Assembly: GCA_030141605.1 (NCBI GenBank)
Contig: JAQGDQ010000019.1
Coordinates: 496,001-560,000, forward strand
Direction of reading: 5' to 3'
Source: Tubiluchus corallicola
Lineage: Eukaryota; Animalia; Priapulida
Length of the DNA: 64,000 bases
A program made the position numbers and the translations under genes. Position 1 is the first letter of the stretch, and every line of letters begins with the position of its first letter. Shown here in pieces: positions 40,541-54,599 of the stretch. A model generated the notes under the pieces. The model made no database searches, was not told the DNA's origin, and worked only from the letters and a program-made list of their open reading frames with translations.

Positions 40541-41809
40541 AAATCAATAACAGAGCTACATCAGCAATGTCGTCATCGTTAATATTATTAAATTAACTAA
40601 TGATTGCTGATTGAATTGCAGTTATTTATTTAGTGACAGCATCATTACATTATAATTTATTATAATTGTACGAAACAAAATTTGCCTAGTAAGTTAACAG
40701 ACTTGAATATGAGGCTTCATATGGCAATACAGGTCAGCTTGTTGCAAATTTAAAAACTGTAGTACCCCTATAAGAAAACAACTGAAAACCATTCAGTTGT
40801 TTAATTTTATTATTAATAACTGTCTGTTAAGAATTTCATACATCTTTTCTTTGGTACTTGGCACGCGGCTTTGTCAGTTTTAAACCCTAGGAAAACGAGT
40901 CACTAATAGTCACATAGTCATTTGGGCATGCCCAGATATTATTTGTACAAAACCTGAATTACAAACCTAAGTTTTCTTTGTTTACACTTTAAATGTGCTG
41001 ATCCACGTTCCAGTTTTCACTTTAATACTGACCTAGCTGCTGTCGTTGTGGTAACGAAAGCTGTGATTAATTTGTCTTTCACTCAAATGTGTAAATCTAA
41101 AGCTACGTCGTTTAAATTTTCGTTATCACATAATCAGGTTTCTGAAGCTCTTAATTGCAAGAAATCAGAAATACAAGCTTTGACACCTTTATTCTGGCAT
41201 TTGCCACTGCTAGTTTGCTCCACTAAAACCTCCTTTGGGCTCGCCCCGTGTTTTCACATCGCATCAGGTTCACAATAGATGGCACCACAAGATAACAATT
41301 TTTAAAGTGCGACAATACGCAGTAATATAAAGGTACTGTAAGCGACAAAGTAGTTGCCGTCTTTAAACAAATCGCGTATGCTGTTGTATCGACAGTATCG
41401 CGTGGAATTTCTCATTATTAATCTTTAATTATTAGTAGCGATTACAATGTTTTTAAGGAAACACTACAAAGAAATGTTTTGGTTTCAAATCGCACCAAAA
41501 GAGTATAGAATTTTAGACAATGTTATGTTATCGAACAATGAGTTAATGTTGTAGCTAGTAAAATACATAATATGCACACAACGCATCCATATCGTGCCAT
41601 CATTTCGAAAAGGTTAGCACCATGTTTTGATCGTGTGAAAATAATTAATATTTTTAAAAGAGTCCATGGTACCCTAATGGCAATGTATCCAGCTGACTCT
41701 TCATAGTGCTTAATAATAAATACTGTGCATGTACATGTAATTTTAGAATTACGATCTGCACTACAATGTCCGCACACCACGCTGTATGGCCACACGCATG
41801 TACACATGA

Positions 41810-42580
41810 ATAAAATTGTACTCAACGTGATGGATCACTAGGTTTGGGCACCCGCATCGGTCCTATAAGCCGCGTTCGTATAGATTGAAATGCTCCACAT
41901 CTGGACGACATCAGGCCACGAAAGGTCACATTTGTAGAAAGAGACATCGACGTCCCTACTCCTGTTAATGTCATGCCGCGTCTTCATCTATATTATAATC
42001 ATCATAAAACCATTGAATCACCATTCATAAACAATCAAGCATCTCAACCAGCTACCACAACCTTGTCTTAACCTCAAAACATGTCTCAACCAAAACCACA
42101 TATGATCAGCAGAAATCTACACATGCCCACGTCCAAGCATTCAAGATAAAACTCAGCAAGCACCTTACAGACAGCACAGCTATTGAATCATCTACTACGA
42201 TCTCAATCAGTTTATTTTTACGTGATATTTTCTGTTGACAAGATTAGTTATTAATAGCAGATATTTTATTACTAGTTATCTCATTTGATAAATCATTCGT
42301 TTCGCAACTATCTTGAATATATGCGTGACATTTATCTTTGACAGATCTTTGTACTTACGCTACTTAATTGATACTGTGCATTCATATTAATGACGGTGTT
42401 TGCCTATTTTAAAAGTAGTTTGTTTAAGCTTCCATAATTTGTTAAACTTAGTTCACATTTTTTAAATGAGAGACTGTTATATTAGTTAGCATCATTAATG
42501 TAGACGGCGCCACGAGACTAGTGCCTGTTCTCAACGATGTTTCAGATAAAAAAGCATATTTGGCTTCAACTCTTTAAAAT
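41810..42580 (+). mobile_element. Degenerate Gypsy-type LTR retrotransposon 3' remnant (post-integrase region plus possible LTR start at 42475)
   Basis: WAPA.V / PRSYRLKCSTSGR / RSHL fragments resemble the W.PA.V..PRSY.V...G...RRNRxHL tail of Gypsy pol. A purine run aaatgagagac precedes TGTTATATT at 42475. Confidence 0.5.
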
Positions 42581-44496
42581 ATTATTTCTATTTTCTCTTA
42601 TTATGTTATTGGTTTTACACGTAAATGTCACCACCATCTTATAAAAGTTGGGGGCGTGTGAAACAAGCAACGTCAGGCGTGAGTGTGCTTCCTGTACTGT
42701 GTTATAGTAGTCTAACTACGCGGAAAGCGTGCACATTATTGATATTGGTTAGTAGGTTGCTGCTGTTGGTGTTGATAGTCTAGTGGTGTCTCAAACAATG
42801 CTAGGTGCTTAACCAGCCATGCCACCTGAAAAGTGGTAACTACTAAGATCCTAAAGTCATAGGTAGCAAGTGTAATATGAAGTTGTATGTTACATTGGTG
42901 ACATGAGTTGTGGTACTCGAGACTTGACTTTCTGAACTTGACGTAATTGCGATAAAGTGACAAACCTATCTCTACTAATGTCAATCCTCGGCAAAATCGA
43001 TTAAAAAAGTTTCGTTTAGATAGGTCTGGTTAAAAGCAAGAGACTGACAAATTACGGGAAGCGCAGCGATCTACCATAACAGTATAATTAACTACAATGT
43101 TTTGTTTTTCTTACAATAACGAACTGCTTCTTAGCTAGATACTTGTCAGTTACATGCTTTTGCATACTTGGTCTTTAAATATTCCATGGTTAGTTCAAAT
43201 GTTGTTTTGGTACGTCAAATCAAAAATAGATTCATAGACAAAAGGTTCATAGACAATAGACATAGATTCATAGAGATATCTTTTACTTAATTATTAGATT
43301 GAATATTACCTTCGTTTTGCATAATTTTTCCGTTAGGTTCTAGTGCACGGAGTGCGAAAATTAAAGGGCAAAAAAGCCGTACGCCGAGCTTCTGTCTACA
43401 CAAGGTACACACACAGTTAAGTAATTATTGTTGCTGGTTGTTTTTTATTATTTTAAGTAGCGGGAGAGTTCGCAAGAAGTAAAATTTTTAGAAATTTGTC
43501 AATCCGCAAATGGCCGAAATGGAAGTTAGTAACATTTTGATCGTAACGCTAATTTACATAACGTGTTATTACACTATCTAATCAGCGATGTAACCGATTC
43601 TATTTAAGTCAGCATAATTGTAATGTTAGACAAGGTATTCAGCTGTTGCTAAGCTGACCTAATAAATTATTATAAATAATGAATCATATCAACGAACTCG
43701 TGTCAAAATATTGAACCCATAATAAAATATAGTTATTAACTATCTATTTCAGAGGAGGTTTGGTACAGCTTGCGAAGCCCTCTCTCCTCCGAGATTGGTA
43801 ACTTGGAGACATTTATATTGTAAATTATAAAATAAGGCCATTTAAACACAGTTTAATTGGTCTATTCATTAGAGTTAATTAGCATGGAGAAGCCAAATCA
43901 CTCTAGCATGAAAACTGGTCTATTCAAAATTATGATGAGAAACTTAATGAGCCGCTACTTATTCGCAGCTCGTAAGCCCAGAACATTTCAGTAAAGTGGA
44001 GCCACGATTTTAATGTCTGACTTAAATCCGTACAATGTACAGATTGTATATGTAATATAAATATATAATATGATAAATCTAATTTATTCTCCATTTGCAG
44101 AAGTGATATAATTCAAAATTAAAAAACTCAGAGTCCCTGAGTTTAATCCTCAGATTTCTGAACTAAACATTATGACGATGAAAACATTTAATTTTATGAA
44201 ACAGTTTACCAAGAAAGTCCAATAAAAGCACAGCACGCGTACCTTAATTCAAATTTAAAAGTTTGGGTTAATGACAATAATAGCGGCATTATTAAATCGC
44301 CATTGGAAAAAACAAATTTTCTTTTTGCAAAAAGTTATTTCTGCACTTTACTCTACAAGAAATATGCTGTGTGGCTTCGTTCTAGGCTTAATATGTCGTT
44401 CTTCCGCAAAGTATGTTTTTTCAGGTTGTGTAAAATTTTTCTGTGTCTTTGATGCAATAGGCCTTTTTATTAAGTTTGCTCTTTCATAGCTCTCAC

Positions 44497-44836
44497 CCGT
44501 AGAAAAGCAGACTGCAGCCCCACCAAAGCCTTTATTACCATCGGAGATTGCTCGGCTGCTATCTGATCGATATTAGTACCATCTTTGTGAAGAGTGCTTC
44601 AGCAGCTTCCCTGGCTTCACTGATTCATGAACGCTGATTGGCTGAGCTAACCACAATGGCGGCTGCTTGCTGAAAGTGTATTTTTGTCACCGCAGAACGT
44701 CGCCTATTTGCATTACATATATTAGATGTTCCTGTGTTATTTCAGAGTTGTTCTGCGAGGTTGCCACCTGCTGAATACATTGGTTTATTCGAGACTTTAA
44801 CGCAGTTAATGTTATGATGGAATCAGTTTACAGAAG
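44497..44836. promoter_or_regulatory. Likely (bidirectional) promoter and first non-coding exon of the RGS gene
   Basis: GC-richer patch containing a reverse CCAAT box (ctgATTGGctg, 44637-44641), YY1-like aATGGCGGC (44655) and octamer ATTTGCAT (44706). Plus-strand donor AAG|gtatgt at 44836/44837. Minus-strand donor CGG|gtgaga at 44497/44496. Confidence 0.55.
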
Positions 44837-45459
44837 GTATGTATTTCCTTTCGTAGCAGTGATCATCTTATTCAAGCTGAGATTCAGCATTGCTTTAATT
44901 AATGCTGTTTAATTTTCCTGTAGCCGTAATGGATTTAGAGACGTAAGATGAGCCTAAAATCCCAGTCTTGAACGTGAATCGTTTATAGCTATTAGCTCCT
45001 AAGGGAACTCTAGGTGGATGCATTGTATAGTAACTTACACTATATTATAATTGCCAGTTTGGCTTATGGTGGCATATTTAGGAAAAAGTTTTCTTGCACA
45101 CTTTGGCTTTTACATTTGTTATATATTTTGTAAAAGACCCTCGTTATTTTCAAGAAGAGATTATTATATTCTCTCTATTTGGGTTTGTAATAGCAGGGCT
45201 GACAGATGTGTCAGACTAAGCTCTTCAGCACAACTAAACCACATTCATTTATCTTTGTTTCAGATCCTGCGTCGGAAGTGAACATTTTTCAGGAAGCTGA
45301 AATTCTGTTGCCTATAAACATTTACTTAATGTGATCTCTAACCTGTCACGGGGAACTTTCTGTTGTCTTAATGATGTGTCATCCTGCAGTTACTAGTTAT
45401 GCTGCTTAGGTAAGGCAAGGCAGTGGTGACAGGCTATTGCCAAAAACTACTGCTAAGTT

Positions 45460-45537
45460 ATGGCTCATCGGCGACGACAGGACACAACTGGAAATAATCA
45501 ACACGAAGAAAATCCAAATCTTTTAGTGTATAGAAAG
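45460..45537 (+). CDS. RGS7: First coding exon of an R7-family regulator of G-protein signalling (RGS6/RGS7, egl-10-like); gene continues downstream
   Basis: MAHRRRQDTTGNNQHEENPNLLVYRK|gtaaaa matches the recalled human RGS7 N-terminus (..DESPNMLVYRK), with the same 26-aa length and a phase-0 donor just before the DEP domain. The exon probably starts at acceptor ctttgtttcag| (45264). Confidence 0.82.
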
Positions 45538-46419
45538 GTAAAAATGGTTTATCACTGATTTTTTTGTCTATGTTGTCAGCAGAACACTTAGTTTTGAGGT
45601 AGTATTTTGTAGTATCTGACGTGTAGTTATTGTTTTTACATTTTTGTTATACTCTGCAACTTTTTATTCCTGCTGCTTATTGGCTGGTTTTAGAACTTCG
45701 CATTTTCACAGTACATGGTGAAATTAGCTAGTTGACAGTTCTGAAAAAACCTTAGAACTTTAAATTAATTCTGGAAGACCGAGAAAATTAACATGTAGCA
45801 TTTGAATGAATTTTCTTCGTTTTTGAAATTATTAAACTATATTCACCTCACATAAAACTGCAGAAGCTAAATACAGTTGTTAGCCATAAGGGGAGGAACT
45901 GACAGCTTAAAAATGTGAAGTTAAATGGCTCTCCTATGATGTGAACTCAAATGTTTCTGCCGATTTAAGTCCTTTTGTAACTAAAACATCTTTTTGGTCG
46001 TCTGAATTACTTTAATTAATAACAATGCAATGAGTTGTGCTTTGAAGCATGGTATTAAAGAATTTATCTACTTATCTATCTGCCCATCTATTAAACTCTA
46101 TCATCCAGAATTTCTTTAAAGAAATTAAGTTTTGTCATTTTTAAATGAATTTATAGTGCCTGTGGCACATTTATTTAATGAAGCCGGAGTTAGCAAAACG
46201 ATTCGGCTGTCAGTAGGCTTATAAAACTATTTACAACGCTGCTATATATTACATAAATTCCCAGTTCACAGCTCCCTAGTGTGCAAGTTGCCAAATGTAA
46301 TCGAGATGAATTAGATCATTACAATCTTACTTTTAAGGTTAATAATTAGGTTAAATAATGGAATTTACAGAAATTTTTAAACTTACAAACCAAACTCACC
46401 AATAGACATGAAACGTAAA

Positions 46420-47030
46420 TAAGTCGTGACCGTGGGACTTTGACATGTAATTCAAGGTCCCTGGTGCAAATCCAGATTTATTCCCCCAGTTTTTTATATT
46501 TTCTTTGTTTTGGTGACGTCTGGCTATTCAATGTAATAACCGTTGATTCATTCTTTCATTAATTCATAATATTGAAATTAAGATTACAAAAAACTTGTCT
46601 TGATGGTGGTGGATTTGTAGTTTAGTGGCCATAGTTCCAAAAGTCTTTAGGTCAAATTTAGGTTCCATTTTTACATGATCTTTATTTCGTTTAAGTTCGG
46701 TTTTTATAGTTTTGATAATCATACTTTTATTTGATTATTAAATGGTAAAACCAAGATTAAGTTTATCAAGAATTATTCATCAGAATAAGCAACCACGGAT
46801 TACTCTAGGCACTCAACTAATAAATAATATAATCAAACTGATTAGTAATTACTCGAGCGTGAACAGCCAAACGATTGGAAATGTTTAATTTGTTGGGTGA
46901 GCTATTAGGATTAAATTAACAATTATTTTGATCACAAAAGGCTGTGTGGTCTAGTGGTCATGAGATTGGACTTGCAATCCAAAATTTTCTTGTTCAAATC
47001 CAAGCTCTGACCCCACTTTTTTCTCATTTT
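46420..47030 (+). repeat. Composite repeat with several tRNA-like modules; best unit 46940-47012 (tRNA-Ala(TGC)-like pseudo/SINE head)
   Basis: A box TGGTCTAGTGG, anticodon arm ttgga-cTTGCaa-tccaa and B box GTTCAAATCC, but a poor acceptor stem. More decayed units at about 46425-46480 and 46610-46660. Confidence 0.6.
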
Positions 47031-48460
47031 CTTCTTTCGTTCACGTTTTATTTTAAAATATAGTAATTGCGGGTTCATTCATAACGACGTGATAGTTGCT
47101 AGACTTAATATACGTCTGGGAGTTAGACTTATTGCCCGTGCATTTTAGCAGATTCTGTTTTTTCAGAAGTTTTCTTAAGCTAAATCCAAACTGACTTTTG
47201 AACTTGTATTGATCGACATTGCATAATTCACAGCTTAGCTGATAGAAAGTGCGCTGCCGTTTGTTATCCCATGCATTTGTTCTCTGACCTTGATGCATGG
47301 AAGGGCGATATTGAATGCCTGGCTTTCCATAAAAGTGCTTAAATTATTTATGCAAGCAATGCGTTGATCGTAAAAGTGCTTAGGGCAAAGATGGATGTGG
47401 TCCATATATAACCTGCCAAATATAAATCATTATTTCAAATTGTAACTTAATTTTGAAAAATATAAGTGTATGCTAATGTGACTATTTCCACTGAGGCACT
47501 GCTCACAGAAGAAATCGTCAGTGCAATACGTGTTTTAAAATGTCGCACATAATTTTTCAACTAATAAATGAATGCATTGATTTTGGAGCTTATTTAGAAG
47601 AGCTGCACAACAGCGAGGAACAGTAAATTAACGTTCTTAAGTAATGGCAAGAAATTCCTCAGTGCTAATGATCACCTTATATGCTCGAGCTATGTTGAAG
47701 ACTATCATTAAGGTTGAGAAAGTGGAATATAAACTTGATAAAGGTGTAAAAAACTTGCGTATGTTACGAATCGGACGTCACACGATAAGAAGAATCAATA
47801 ATGAGATAACCCAACGGGTTAAAGATAACTACTAAACTTTTATTAAAACAAAAACTAGTTTCGGACTGAGATGTCTTCAGTTATTCATGAATATTAGAGA
47901 CATGAATCCAGATTTTTTGCCTGGATTTAAGAATGCGATGGGAAAGACCAAAAAAGTAACGGTCACTTAAACAAGTTTTTCAGAATGTGGACACTAGAAA
48001 ATAACTCGCTTCTTTCAAGGGTAGATAAGCTGATAAATAATAGTTATGTCAGAGCCAGAACAAGCTTTGTCTAGGCCTATGATCTATAAGCCGTGTAACA
48101 TGTTGCTTTGTATTGCTTTAGCTAAATAACGGTTCTCGAAATTCAACTTAATTGAAGCTTGGTGCAGTTTATTTCACGTTATTAAATGTTACAGGGCATC
48201 GTTAATTAACTATATATTTGTTCGGTTTTTTAACTTATTGCAGTTTTTAAGTTACTCATGATGATTATGATGAAATTACCTTCCTTCTTGAAAAGCTCAC
48301 CAAAGGTCACCTCAATACCTATAAGAATTTATTGCAGTAAATTATCATTTCTAGAATTTGCGAACAAGTTAGTTAAGTTGTAGTATGTCGTGTCAGTCTG
48401 TCTGGTGACAATTTAAATTTATATTCATAATTATTATTCCGCAGATAATGCTTATTTCAT

Positions 48461-48666
48461 TACATACATACATACATACATGCATGCATGCATACATGCA
48501 TACATACATGCATGCATGCATACATACATACATACATACATACATACATACATACATACATACATACATACATACATACATACATACATACATACATACA
48601 TACATACATACATACATACATACATACATACATACATACATACATACATACATACATACATACATG
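48461..48666 (+). repeat. (CATA)n/(CATG)n microsatellite
   Basis: Direct reading. Explains the MYVC and HTYI repeat ORFs. Confidence 0.98.
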
Positions 48667-49899
48667 AATATATTCTATTCATAAAATGTTAAAAATATAT
48701 GAATTGTAAGTCATAATTTTATATGTAGCCACTGGCGGGCTATCGGTTAATTTCATGAGAAGGTGGCTGGCAATTAGACGTATAGGTGGGTAGACAGGAA
48801 TTATTAAACTTCCTAGAAACACAGCAAAATCGACCGAACCGTGGCTTTTGCCAATTGTATAGTCGGTCATTGTATATTGTAGGTCATAATGGACGTCTAA
48901 CATATTTGCAGGACATAAAAGTGCATAGAGTTTTGAGTAGGCCTCAATGACTTGCCAAGTGCCAATGTTAGCAAAATGCTCAGACGGGTAGCTTTGTTGT
49001 AAATTAGTTTGAAAATTAATCGTTCGAATGGGATTTTAATTATTTATTCATGTGCATAATTAATCAGCATGATAATGATTAATTCAGCAGCTGAAAATAT
49101 TAATCACGTTATTGATGTGTTTGAAAATACTGCCTAGTTAATGTTTATGCATGGAAATGGACTCCTGAAGAATGCTGACGTTACATTAAACTACCAAAGA
49201 ACAAGTCACATTGAAACATAAACAAAAAACTAAACACTTTTAATGTAATTTTTCAAAATATTTACAGCGGTGTAATAATACTTATTCCTCGATCTTTCCG
49301 TACTATTCTGTGGCCATTTTTCAAATAAAATGAATTAAGATTATACCCACATTTATAATATTTGAAATTTAATTCTACGTTTAACCAGAGTTATTGCTTA
49401 AAAATAACCACAGATAATGGCTAAAACAGATATTTTTGGTATAAAAAAATGTCTTAATTTCTGTTTTACTGATATAACGATTAGGAAGATAATGCAAACA
49501 GGCAAGCGATACTGTTTCCACCCACTTATATAACATGAAATCCTGTAAGAAATTGCAACATAGCTTTCAGGCCTGACATTAACTGCAACTATATTATCAC
49601 GTATTTATCGATTGTGTTGTGCCTAAACAAGAGGTGGTTATTTAAACTGCGTTAATTCATTTACATCATTAAAATCAGAAATTTTTATATAAACTGAATT
49701 ATTTATTATGTATCTTTTCCTTATAAAGGTCCTACATACTATACACCTGGTATTTTTTCGATTCTTTTGTATTACTGTAGTACTTATTATATTTGTAATA
49801 CATTGCTTTATATTGCACCGCTTAAGAATGATTCCCTATATGTCGTTTTTTTGCAAATGTGACGTTAATTTTAACCGAAGTAATTCCTGAAAATATCGT

Positions 49900-50580
49900 A
49901 ATTAAAACCTCGAAATTATCACTGAAACAGAAACACAGGCGTCCCGTACTTAGTGATATGATAAATTTGTTCTTGTAATTGAGACTTTTTGACCTTTTTT
50001 CCATTTTGAGTCATATCAGAAAAGGATATTAAGAAGAAGAGATTTACTTAGTAACATCATTAATATCTTTCTAGATACTATACTCTAGAGTCTAGATAAA
50101 GCGGGCAATAAACTTAACTTTTGATTTCTCCTGAACATATTGGTGTTAGGCAAGAAGGAGCTCATAGCTGGATAACCTCATCAGCTGCAGGGAGATTAGC
50201 ATAAGTTATTTTTCAGGTACGTACGAACAAATGGATGCACAACTTGCGTGCTCGAACTATAATCTTTCTCTATATACATTCACAGGTAGAAAGATCAGAA
50301 ACGTTAAGATGGATACGACTGCGGTAAATCAATATCAGTTTTTATTTAGGGATTCCTCTAAGTGTGGGATGAATTACAGATCTATGGTTAACAGTGATAT
50401 TGGCTTTTGAACTTTTCATCTTCATTATCCATCTTCGTATAAAATCAGCAATGGTAAATAACTCTCTATTTTGCTAAAGTTACTATCTATTGTATTCGAA
50501 TCTGGGTAATGCTTTACACTCCGGATAGTTGGACCGCTGTTGTACAGGTTTATCTCAAATTCGTTGACACAGTAATTACG
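49900..50580 (-). mobile_element. Highly degenerate LINE-like remnant
   Basis: Only weak motif traces (PISLL near 50390-50405, YGTPV near 49940), with many stops. Confidence 0.3.
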
Positions 50581-52199
50581 ATCGTAGTGAACCTCTTCCG
50601 GTTTGTCGTTTGCAGTAAAGCGATTTTTGCATCAGACGCGTTAATTATAAACACACTCGTGTAAAAACGGTTATTGCTCTCCCTCCCATCGTCCCGTGGC
50701 AGATGCTGCTTAATTGAAACAGCTTCTTCCTACCGCTCGTTGATTGAGATGTATTAGCACCGTAGCTCCCAGTTTAGCGGTTTGGCTTCCTGATCACGTG
50801 GTACATCAAACATGATTAGACTTCGCTGTTGGTAGTCTAGAGCCATCGCTGGCTAATAGGCCGTGCTACTAAAATATTAATTTAGTGAAATTAATGTAGA
50901 TAAAAATCTATTGAATCAGTTATTGCTATCGCGGCTAAAGTTTTGAACTGATGGACTGACGTATATAGACTGGAGTTGAAAAAGACGAAACGATAGAAAT
51001 AAAAATATTTGCAAACTTTTAAATAAAAAATACAAAACTCTAATATTGCAAAATGTCGTATTTGTTCCGGCTTGTGGAGTATGTAGACGTTTAACTATTC
51101 AGTTAGTCGTTAGCTATTAACTACTGGTTTTTGTTTGGTTTTTGGCAAAGATAGAAATCCTTAGCAAGGATAAAAATCAAGTTCATTTTAAATTTTTTTA
51201 ATCAACACCATAATTATTACAAAGACAAAATGCTCGTACGAACGAAAATTTTAATTGTTATAAAGATGTGAAACTATTATTATCGATCAGAAACCAACAT
51301 CTCTAGAAACTCCATGAAAGTTTTACGCGCGTACTCTCTATGGGTTATTCTAGCTGGTTATTTTCAGTAGGTAAAAGTTGGTGTAAAATTGTAAACGGAA
51401 GTTCAAGTTTTGTCATATATTACTTTTGTCTTTACATACACAAGCAGATTTGCTGCTGATCATTACTGAGACTGTGCATGTTAGTGTTACGACACTACTC
51501 GTATTAACCGATTAATTCTTCAAATAATAATCTTTTGTGAGTCGTTTTTCACTGTGGTACATTTAGTGATTCCTTGTACACCGCTCCAAAAACGTTTATT
51601 CGGTATAGTATCTACTCGAAGGCGATTGCATCTTTCTAAATTGGCCCATTCATATATAGGCGTACTTATTCATTCTTGTTATCTGTTTTGCATTAGTTTA
51701 AATATTTGCTACTGATATTCATTTTTGCTGCTTTGATATTCGTATCAGGTCTCTTTAGATAGGCCTCTTTAGGTCTCTTTAGATATAGGCCTTCGTGTTA
51801 AAAGAAACTAAGCAGTACACAAGTAACTGTAGTTTTGGGAAAGCTAGCAATAGGTGTTTTTATCGTAAGATGCAGTCTTATGCAATATGAATCAATATAC
51901 CAATGCTTGGTTCAAAAGCTGAGTATTGAGGTTTCATTTCAAAGACACCTTGAACACTGAAGTTACGCGTTGCTTATAATTTGCAGATTGCTTTTTGTGC
52001 GATATTCCAAATAATATTTACGTGTGTAACTTGGTATTGCAGGTCCTTTTATGTTTACGTCGTGGTAATTAATTATTAATCTGTTCAATATTGAATTGAT
52101 ACTTTTCCACAATTGCAGTTGTAATTTTATCAGTTTGAATTTTATGAAAAACGCTATGATCGCGCGTTGTTACATTCACTTGCAAAAATGATATCGGGA

Positions 52200-52400
52200 A
52201 AAACTGTATTATTAATAATATTTGTTTACGCCTGTACTGGTTCAAATTATGAAACATGCTCATGGTATACGTTCATGTCTGCTGATTAAATTTCATCATC
52301 AGTTACAACAGCCTGAGTTTTGAAACTCAAATGTTGTATTTATTTAAATAGGGACTTTTTCTTAAAAAACTTATTCACTACCGCGGTGGTTAAACAGTAC
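52200..52400 (+). repeat. Diverged direct repeat, copy 1 (copy 2 at about 53260-53470)
   Basis: ttgttt.cg.ctgtac...aaattatgaaa.atgct...ttcatgtc.gctgattaaatttcatcatca...ctgagttttgaaa.tcaaat is shared by both copies. Confidence 0.75.
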
Positions 52401-53259
52401 GCCATTTATTTCTGTATTGTATTTATTAAGATTTTGCTGTTCATGTACCTATTTTTGTTTATTCATTTGTCTTCGCAAACATTTCGATTATTAACTCCTT
52501 AAGTGTGCATTGTGTAATCTATACACTTAACGCATATATGTCTGAAATATAAACTAATAGTCAAACTAAAAATTTTAGTTTAGTCAATTAAAATGTGAGC
52601 TTTTTCATAGAAATGTTGTTGATATTCGTATTAATCCTATTTGTAATTGTAACAAATCTGGAGAGAATTACTCTCATGATATTGTTACATTTTTGACTGT
52701 GAAAACTGTGAAAGATCTCGTGTTATATTTATTGAACAAATGTTATATGATGAAATTGTATCTCGAAGTCAATTCGAAGATTCTACTGCTAAAGCCTTAT
52801 TAGAAACTGAGTATACTTCATCCAGAATCTGAATTAATATATAATATACTGCAAACATATGTTTTATCTACAAATAGATTTTCGTAACTTGAAATTCACT
52901 GTAGTAACAAGATTCTCTTTGCAAAGGGTCTTGGACATAGTGTTAACGCTTCAAATGCTATATAATACATAATATTTTATGTAATGGAAATGTTCTTTTG
53001 ATCATGATTGTGCCGTGTCTCATATTTAAATAAGCTAATAATAATAGGTCATGTGTAGTGTAACATTACATGTACAGTAATTTTGACTTGTTAATAACTT
53101 AACGTAACTTTGTACATAATAATACTATGGCACTGTATTAACATTGTGAAGATGCTTCCATCAGCTATACTGTCTTGTATGTTCGTGAAAAAATAAATAA
53201 AGTTTATATAAAGACACCAGAATGCGCGCTAGTACATTACTTGCAAACACAATACCAGG

Positions 53260-53470
53260 AATATTTTATTATTAGTGACACTTGTTTGCGTCTGTACCAG
53301 TGGAAATTATGAAAAATGCTATATTTTCATGTCAGCTGATTAAATTTCATCATCAACTATATCAACCTTCTGAGTTTTGAAAGTCAAATATTGTGTTTCT
53401 TTAACTAGACTTTTTTCTGTACAGCATGTATTCACTCGTTTAAAAAATACTGTAATTGCACTACCACCTG
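53260..53470 (+). repeat. Diverged direct repeat, copy 2
   Basis: Alignable to 52200-52400. Confidence 0.75.
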
Positions 53471-54599
53471 GCATAAAGCGCTTCTGCAGACTTTGACATC
53501 TATTCACAACACACTTTAATCCTTGCGACATCCAACCTTAGAACACTGCAGTATTGTTGACCCCTCCACCTTGGGAAGCTTCGCACGATGCCAATATATA
53601 ATATCTGGAGCATGATGCTCCCCTCCCATTCGTGCCTCACCTCTTGATCGGCATGCAGTTCTGCTTGTGTATGCATCACCAAGTTCTTCAGTAAACGGCA
53701 TCTCTAAAACGTTAATATAGCTGAACGTGTAACTGAATGTTCGGAACGAGTAATGAGTATTGCACTCTTTTCGTGTGTTCATGAGGAAGGGTTAAAAGTG
53801 GAGTAGTCACGGTGTATGTTCTCCCTCGCCAATACTGGTCTATGAATGCTATATAACCATCTGGGTACAATAACGACTCTGGGCAGTTTCATTCATACTG
53901 CTCTGTTTACTTCGTTAGGTTGGATTGTATATATGTAGAAGGTGGATAAGATATTTATGTGGGGCAATGGTTAATCTTAAGGCGTTAGTCTTGCTAATGA
54001 GCAAGGTCCGAATCTTGCCATAAAATATCAACGTTAAAAGGAAAGTATTTTAAAATATTTCCTAAAAAAACTTTCCATACAAAGTTACGTTACTTTGCAT
54101 TAACCTTACCTGTTTGAAAAACATGTGTAACTAGAAAAGAATATTCTTAGTACAGTAATTTAAATGTTCGCGCCAACTAGTAAAACGTTACTGACTCACC
54201 TTCCCACTGACGCACCACCGACTCACAAACAGCGTATTATCCAAACTGACAGGATAAAACAATTTATACTTTTGTTCTGTTACGAATTGTGCACTACAAA
54301 TTCTCTGATTTTTCCGAGTTTGACGCAATGTCATCTAAACTTGTTTCAAACAACTTTCTGATAAAATTGATGTGCCTAACGGTCATCGCGGGAGTTTAAA
54401 TTTTAAAATTTTGCACAGCGTTGCCGCTAATATATGCTCTGTGCGCAAAAACGTAGTATGTACGTGATGCAAAATTTCAAGACGAATTTTTTAGCTTTAT
54501 GTGAGTAAAGTTTTTTTGACGTTTAAGTAGGTTGAATAGCGAGCGGTTTTGAATGCTAGATTTTTAGCTTGCACTGGGCATGAAAAAATGAAAGCAATG

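Noticed and set aside
46940-47012. Functional tRNA-Ala gene
   Set aside because: The acceptor and T stems pair poorly and the unit sits in a multicopy composite repeat, so it is treated as tRNA-derived.
48393-48692. MYVC/HTYI repeat ORFs, or a CRISPR-like array
   Set aside because: Simple (CATA)n microsatellite with no spacers, in a eukaryotic context with no cas genes.
54104-54122. AG|GTAAGG ratchet-like motif on the minus strand
   Set aside because: It is antisense to the RGS intron with no supporting transcript, and it shows such motifs can arise by chance.
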